Assembly: GCA_033178465.1 (NCBI GenBank)
Contig: GCA_033178465.1_4726.4
From: a phage
DNA length: 37,920 bases
Reading direction: 5' to 3' (one strand)
Shown: positions 32,575 through 37,920 of the stretch, one piece after another
Numbering within the stretch: position 1 is the first letter of the stretch
How the letters are laid out: each line of letters starts with the position of its first letter
Program-made: the position numbers and the translations under genes
Notes under the pieces: model-generated
Database searches by the model: none
What the model saw: the letters and a program-made list of their open reading frames with translations, nothing else
Told to the model about the DNA's origin: nothing

Positions 32575-34986
32575 TTAAACGTCCTCGATAGGCAAAGGTT
32601 TAACAATCAAACGATTGAGCGGATTCGATAGACGCATACTGATAGGCTTATACGCAACATGATTCGTCTCACTTAGAGCCACTGATCTGAAACGACCGTT
32701 CAACTGTTTGTAAATCGGTTCTATCCAAAGACCTCGAAGGTCGTGTTTGCGGAAACGTTGTTCGAACGGTTTGATCGGAGTTACAGTCAACCCACGCAAC
32801 GACTCTGCCGGTAAACGCTCACGAAGGTCGCGTGGTGCCCGACCTGGGAACGGTGCAAGCCACAAACCATCGAGCGGATTTTTACGGAAACGCAACGAGA
32901 CAGGATCGCTAATGACTTGTGCCCAATATTGCGTACTGAATCGAACCGTTTGGGTATTCTCGTAACCGCTACAATCGCACCAGGTTGGTTTCGGAGGCGC
33001 TTCCAAACTTTCAACCGCTGATTCACGCCAGTTCGTCATCGGGTTGTTATCATGCACGAATTTGATAACTTCCGTAGCCTGGTTATCCGTATCATGAACG
33101 TTTGCTTGCGCCCAGTCTTCCCACAGTTCTTCACTACCGCTTACTAAACTCGAACCAAGACGAACGGCGATTTTGTTTAGTGGTTTGATTGGATCGCTGT
33201 TGATTGTCTGGATAAAATGGATGGTGTAACTGCTCAATGTCTTAAGCAGCTGCAGCATTCCGTATTGAATATCCTTAAGACTGGTAACATCTTCCAAATC
33301 TTGACCGGTGGCCTTTGTGAAGATATCGAGAGCCAGAATTCCCGCCTCTTCTTGACTGATTGCGTCAAGCTCCCAATCCATCGCTAAGAACCATTCCTTG
33401 TAAAGCTGCCCAATACCGAAGTCGACACCAACATCCATGTAGAAATTCTCAACGATCGCTTCAGCCATGCCTCGAGCTTGATAATGCTCTTGGAGCTGAT
33501 ACATGAATTGATGGCGACGCCAGCCCTGGTAGATCTCGGTAACGGCGTTGAGAAACTCTTCAGTGCTGACGACCGGACGCAATGTTACTTGCTTATCCAA
33601 ACACCACCAGATCAGTTTATCGGGAATGATAGCCGGATCGGTAATGCTACGGAGATGGTCGAATGTCGGTAGTGTTAACACCCTGACATGGTTAGCATGG
33701 ATCTTAGGTACTTCAATCAGCGTCATGCCCATCGAATAGTTCAGCAAGTACAAGAACAGCTTGTATGCATCTTTCATCGACATCGTCATGGCATCACCCG
33801 TCACCGGGTTGGTTGTCGTTAACCGTGACTGATACATGCCTATTGCGCTAAGATGAATCCATTCATTCAGCAGGAAATCGTACTTAGGATACAATTCACT
33901 GTCTGTAAGGTCTTCGGCTTCACTTTCCAACACCTTGGTCGTTAAGGTATTGTTGTCATGCATCGACATCTTCTCTATCGTGCGGTTAAGCTCGGTATAA
34001 TACTCCGCCTCGTTATCCCGCGCTAAAGGGAACTGTTGCTGCATCACGGTGGTGACCTTACGTCTTACCGTGCCATTACCGACGATCTCTTGAAGGTTAA
34101 GCGGTTTACGCTCCATGTAAACTGCAGGTTTTAACGTCTGGGGTATCTCGGAAGCGTCTTGTTTGATCGAGAACGCACCGATTGGAATCCCACGATCGGT
34201 TAATACCTTTTGAATGAGCTTATCGTAGTTTTCCGTTCTGCCCATGTTTCTTTCAACGTAAGCGATGTTACGATAGAACCAGAGCATTTGGGATTCGGTC
34301 ATGTATCGCTTGAATCGATCGAGACCTTGATGGCTTGCCAGATAACTCCAGATATGGAAGCTATGGGCATAATGGGTATGACAGTTTTCCCAACGAATAC
34401 CTTTTATCATCTCAGGTATTTGTGTGAATAGGATGGCGTATAGCGCAGGCCAATGAAGCATATCGACGCTCTCATATGCCGGATGTTCCCAGCGTCTGAA
34501 GTAATCGTCGATTTCTTGCTGTAAACGTGGAATAAGATTGGCCTCGCGTGACTCAACCTCTTGTGTATCGTACCAGAGAATCTCATGATTGCGTGCCGCA
34601 ATTGCTTTCTCGATATCGATGGGGTTAAGGATACCCAAGATCAACATACGTTGTTCCGGGTACCGCGCAATTAAACGATTGAAATAATCTCCACCATACG
34701 CGTATTCCCTTGCCGTCATGCGATGCCGTAACATGTTTTCCTTGGTGAACTCGATCTCTTCGAGCGTATCCAGGGAATTTACGGTCATCATTGTCTGACA
34801 AGGATGATACTCGCCAGCGAGATTCATGTAGTATAACCACGTGCGTGGGTCGTCCCCGACGGCCATCTGGTAGACTTCGGAAACCTTGAGGTTTAACCGT
34901 TCTGCCGTGATGTCGCTTTTAATAATCAGGGTGTCCGTTAGACGCTGCACGCTTTCCGAATAAAGCTGATAGTCAGTGTTGGACAC
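32575..34986 (-). CDS. Large hypothetical protein (about 800 aa), probable structural
   Basis: Uninterrupted frame 32575-35055; proposed GTG start at 34986 has GGAGG 7 nt upstream, whereas the track start at 35055 is TTG with no SD; no motif recognised. Confidence 0.55.
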   Translation of the reverse strand: MSNTDYQLYSESVQRLTDTLIIKSDITAERLNLKVSEVYQMAVGDDPRTWLYYMNLAGEYHPCQTMMTVNSLDTLEEIEFTKENMLRHRMTAREYAYGGDYFNRLIARYPEQRMLILGILNPIDIEKAIAARNHEILWYDTQEVESREANLIPRLQQEIDDYFRRWEHPAYESVDMLHWPALYAILFTQIPEMIKGIRWENCHTHYAHSFHIWSYLASHQGLDRFKRYMTESQMLWFYRNIAYVERNMGRTENYDKLIQKVLTDRGIPIGAFSIKQDASEIPQTLKPAVYMERKPLNLQEIVGNGTVRRKVTTVMQQQFPLARDNEAEYYTELNRTIEKMSMHDNNTLTTKVLESEAEDLTDSELYPKYDFLLNEWIHLSAIGMYQSRLTTTNPVTGDAMTMSMKDAYKLFLYLLNYSMGMTLIEVPKIHANHVRVLTLPTFDHLRSITDPAIIPDKLIWWCLDKQVTLRPVVSTEEFLNAVTEIYQGWRRHQFMYQLQEHYQARGMAEAIVENFYMDVGVDFGIGQLYKEWFLAMDWELDAISQEEAGILALDIFTKATGQDLEDVTSLKDIQYGMLQLLKTLSSYTIHFIQTINSDPIKPLNKIAVRLGSSLVSGSEELWEDWAQANVHDTDNQATEVIKFVHDNNPMTNWRESAVESLEAPPKPTWCDCSGYENTQTVRFSTQYWAQVISDPVSLRFRKNPLDGLWLAPFPGRAPRDLRERLPAESLRGLTVTPIKPFEQRFRKHDLRGLWIEPIYKQLNGRFRSVALSETNHVAYKPISMRLSNPLNRLIVKPLPIEDV

Positions 34987-35013
34987 GATCGGTCCTCCAA
35001 GGAGCCAGTGTAA

Positions 35014-37920
35014 ATGAACGATATAAATAAAGGGCGCGTCGCCCTCGAACGTCAAATGAGCAATAATGACGTTGCGAAGGCACTCATGAACAAATTTGTC
35101 GCTCCTGCTCCGCAGTCACGTCTTTATAATACACGTGATGCGGAAGGAGCGAACGGTCGTTTCGGGTTAGTTGTTCCCGACCAAATGACGATGAACACGG
35201 TTACGCGTGCGACCGCGACAAACATCGAGGATAATAAAAACATCCTCGAGTTGTTCCCTGAACTTAAACGCGTGATGCAGATCTATGTTGCCGCGTTGAC
35301 GAACCCTAACGATCTTAAGACGGTCGAGATGTTTATCGACAGCGAAGATTTCCCCGGCAGAGTCGCAGAAATCGTTCAGCCGATGATCGATACCATCGAC
35401 ACGCATTTTAAGAATATCTATAAAATAAAGACGCTTATCCCTCGTATCATCGAAGACGTCTTCTTTATCAAGGGCAGTTATAACTTCGTTGTTCTGCCAG
35501 AAAGCACGCTCGACCGCGCCATTAATGGTAACGGTCAACTGAAACTTGAAGAATACGGTTTTAAAGACAACCATTTTGCAAGTTGGGGACTTTTAGGTAA
35601 CGACAGTCGCAAACGCCACGAAAATCAATTACCTGCAACAGTTTCGATGGAAGATTATTTCTCAGGCGTTAATGAAACCATACCGTACGATCCTGTTGTT
35701 CGCATAGACAGCATTAAATTTACCAATACCCTGCTTCGTGATAAGGATGGTAAATTCATTGAAGCGAAGATCGATATTCCGGATATGGTTACGGTTGTCG
35801 ATAACCCAGATATCCTCCGCATGCCCATTCTGCATCAACGTCGAGCAGCGACCGCGGTACAACGTGCGTTACGCGCAAACACGTTAGGAGGTAGTGGTTT
35901 GGTAACGCTGTCAGGCGATCCGACCCTAACCGCTAACCGACGTGAGCTGACGCAAGAACAGGTTAATGAGATCTGGAATAAACTCAACATCCAGCGTCAC
36001 ACCAAGATATCTCCCGTTTACGCGCTGGCAACCCCAGATACACTCGATCGTCAAAGCGTCGGTCATCCTGGTGTGATGCACGTACCACCTGAGGCATTAG
36101 AACCTGTACATGCGCCTGGTGATCCGGAGAACCATATCGGATATTTGGTTCAGTTGGATGAGTTTGGTTATCCGGTGCGTTTGGTTGAAGATGCTGCGTA
36201 TTACAAGCAGTTGGAAGGTCGGTTGTCGAAGATCACCGCGGATATCGCGGGTACTTCAAGCAACGGCATGGCGAGCGAGATGATCGGTGCAGCCAAGAAC
36301 ATGATCCAAGGTACGTCATGTAATCAGGTAGACATGTCGGCCTTCGTATCGTCGTACGAATCGCTGATGCAACGTTACATCGTTGAACGTATTGTCAACG
36401 GTTATCTTGGTAGTGCGGTGGAAATCGGCGCGACATCATCGTTTTATCTGTCGATGCTTGCCCGTAGCCTCGCTCACAAGCAGACCCGTGTTTTGTTTAT
36501 TCCTCGAGAGATGGTGACTTACATCGCTTATGAATACAACAAATACGGTATCGGTCGTTCGCTGCTTGAAAGTACGAAGATGATCTCGTCGCAACGAGCC
36601 ATGCTCATGGTTCAAGAACTGATGGCAAAAATCAAAAGTTCGTTGAACTATACGACGCTAAGCGTAATGCTTGAAGACACCGACAGAAACCCGGTCGATA
36701 CCGTCGAACAAGCGCTGCATAGTTTCGCTCGCGTCTACCAGTCTGGTTTCCCGTTGGGTGAAACTAACCCAATGGATATCATCAACGCGTATGAACGAAG
36801 CTCGATTCGATTGAAGGTTGAGGGGAATAACCCACGCTTCCCGAAATTGAATACAGACGTCAGTGTTGAGCAGCGTAACTATCAGTCTCCTGATAATGAG
36901 CTGATGGATCGTTACCGTCGTGACCATTTCATGGGTTTGGGTGTGTCTCCGGAGATTATCGATACTTCCTACCAATCTGAATTCGCAGCTTCTGTGATTA
37001 CAGCTAACGCGATGCAAGAGAAACAGTTCACGGTTTGTCGTGAGGTGATCACGAATGGATTATCGGACCACATCAAGAAATATACGGCATACAGTCCCGT
37101 GTTGTTGACGTCGTTACGAAACACGGTTCGTGCGAACATGTCTAAGCTTTCCCAGGCGCAATTGAAGCAGCTTTTTGGTAGCGATTTCGAAAACGGTGTT
37201 ATCCGTAACGTTAACGCCTATCAGGAGATTGACGACCAATCAGCAACAATGGATCTGGATTACACTAAACCAGAAGTCCAGGAAGTTATTGCCGATGCTT
37301 ATGTGTCCATGTTCTTAAACAGCCTGCGTGTGCGTTTACCGGACAGCAATGCTCGTCGCCTTGAAGATCAGGTACGCGAATATAATCAGTACAAGGAAGC
37401 GATTACTGCGCAACTTGATGATTATTTAACGCCTGATTACGTCATGGGTCTGGGTGGGGTTGATGAAACAACGCTGCAGATGATCCGCGCATGCATTATT
37501 GGTACCGCGATGCGTACGTGGGCAAAAGAGAACAACTTCAATCAGGAGCTGGCTGATCTCTTCAGTCTTGACGATAAGAAGAATGCCGTGCAAGATTGGA
37601 AACGTATGTCCATGGAGCATATTGAAGTCATGGGTAAATGCATGGGTGATTTTGCATTGTATATTCAGAATCTGACGAAGAAGATTGAAGAGAAGATGGG
37701 AGCTCAAGCACAGGACGGTAGCGTTTCATCTGATGGTTCGTGGTCATCCGATTCAAGTAGCGATACCGGTTCTTCTGATGACTTCGGTGGCGGTGACGAT
37801 TTCGGAGATACCGATTTCGATACCGAAACGATGGAGGAAACCTCAACAGAAGAAACAACTACATCTGAGGAAACGACGACCGACACAACGTCAGAAGACG
37901 ATACTTCAGGTGACATTGTC
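35014..37920 (+). CDS. Large hypothetical protein, 3'-truncated by the window edge (at least 969 aa), with acidic Ser/Thr/Asp/Glu-rich C-terminal region
   Basis: Open frame from ATG 35014 (AAGGAG 9 nt upstream) to position 37920 with no stop; absent from the track because it has no stop in the window; spot-checked in frame at 35401, 36001, 36301, 37021, 37681 and 37861; no P-loop seen. Confidence 0.6.
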   Translation, partial: MNDINKGRVALERQMSNNDVAKALMNKFVAPAPQSRLYNTRDAEGANGRFGLVVPDQMTMNTVTRATATNIEDNKNILELFPELKRVMQIYVAALTNPNDLKTVEMFIDSEDFPGRVAEIVQPMIDTIDTHFKNIYKIKTLIPRIIEDVFFIKGSYNFVVLPESTLDRAINGNGQLKLEEYGFKDNHFASWGLLGNDSRKRHENQLPATVSMEDYFSGVNETIPYDPVVRIDSIKFTNTLLRDKDGKFIEAKIDIPDMVTVVDNPDILRMPILHQRRAATAVQRALRANTLGGSGLVTLSGDPTLTANRRELTQEQVNEIWNKLNIQRHTKISPVYALATPDTLDRQSVGHPGVMHVPPEALEPVHAPGDPENHIGYLVQLDEFGYPVRLVEDAAYYKQLEGRLSKITADIAGTSSNGMASEMIGAAKNMIQGTSCNQVDMSAFVSSYESLMQRYIVERIVNGYLGSAVEIGATSSFYLSMLARSLAHKQTRVLFIPREMVTYIAYEYNKYGIGRSLLESTKMISSQRAMLMVQELMAKIKSSLNYTTLSVMLEDTDRNPVDTVEQALHSFARVYQSGFPLGETNPMDIINAYERSSIRLKVEGNNPRFPKLNTDVSVEQRNYQSPDNELMDRYRRDHFMGLGVSPEIIDTSYQSEFAASVITANAMQEKQFTVCREVITNGLSDHIKKYTAYSPVLLTSLRNTVRANMSKLSQAQLKQLFGSDFENGVIRNVNAYQEIDDQSATMDLDYTKPEVQEVIADAYVSMFLNSLRVRLPDSNARRLEDQVREYNQYKEAITAQLDDYLTPDYVMGLGGVDETTLQMIRACIIGTAMRTWAKENNFNQELADLFSLDDKKNAVQDWKRMSMEHIEVMGKCMGDFALYIQNLTKKIEEKMGAQAQDGSVSSDGSWSSDSSSDTGSSDDFGGGDDFGDTDFDTETMEETSTEETTTSEETTTDTTSEDDTSGDIV

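Noticed and set aside
35022-35029. TATAAATA, identical to the T4 late-promoter consensus
   Set aside because: Single occurrence, located just inside the proposed start of the plus ORF at 35014; no other late-promoter-like copies upstream of structural genes, so probably chance
35056-35058. ATG at 35056 as the start of the large plus-strand gene
   Set aside because: No SD upstream, whereas the in-frame ATG at 35014 has AAGGAG at 9-nt spacing; kept only as an alternative
37628-37916. Minus-strand ORFs 37628-37858 and 37704-37916
   Set aside because: Antisense to the low-complexity acidic tail of the large plus-strand ORF; such repeats keep all frames open; products are serine/valine homopolymer-like
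1-37920. Prophage or integrative element interpretation
   Set aside because: No integrase, attachment-site-like tRNA, repressor/antirepressor pair or transposase was seen; gene content (nucleotide kinase, recombination ATPase, endolysin, fibres, HNH) fits a lytic phage genome segment, although a window this size cannot fully exclude it

Overview
The window reads as one contiguous stretch of a large virulent tailed dsDNA phage genome (Caudoviricetes); codon usage suggests an enterobacterial host. I saw no rRNA, tRNA, CRISPR array, integrase or transposase. All family calls are motif-based reading by eye, because no database search or structure prediction could be run. Gene blocks alternate in orientation: (1) 38-2464 minus, hypothetical and membrane proteins; (2) 2615-4080 plus, hypotheticals; (3) 4134-10007 minus, a DNA metabolism and recombination block with thymidylate kinase, a RuvC-like nuclease and a Rad50/SbcC-like ATPase; (4) 10059-11147 plus, a possible gpV-like spike; (5) 11216-14939 minus, a cassette of eight small unknown genes; (6) 14940-15782, an AT-rich non-coding region with short repeats; (7) 15783-35055, a structural and lysis block with a GH108-type endolysin, an HNH endonuclease gene in opposite orientation, two large repeat-containing tail-fibre genes and a tandem array of about 300-aa paralogs; (8) 35014 to the window edge, a large plus-strand ORF that is missing from the supplied track because it has no stop in the window. 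The most interesting candidates for something undescribed are the seven-member paralog family, which includes a very codon-optimised 180-aa member, and the multi-protein fibre locus whose accessory proteins carry an N-terminal copy of the fibre repeat core. Several conserved non-coding motifs recur at gene junctions. None of these is proven to be a novel system.
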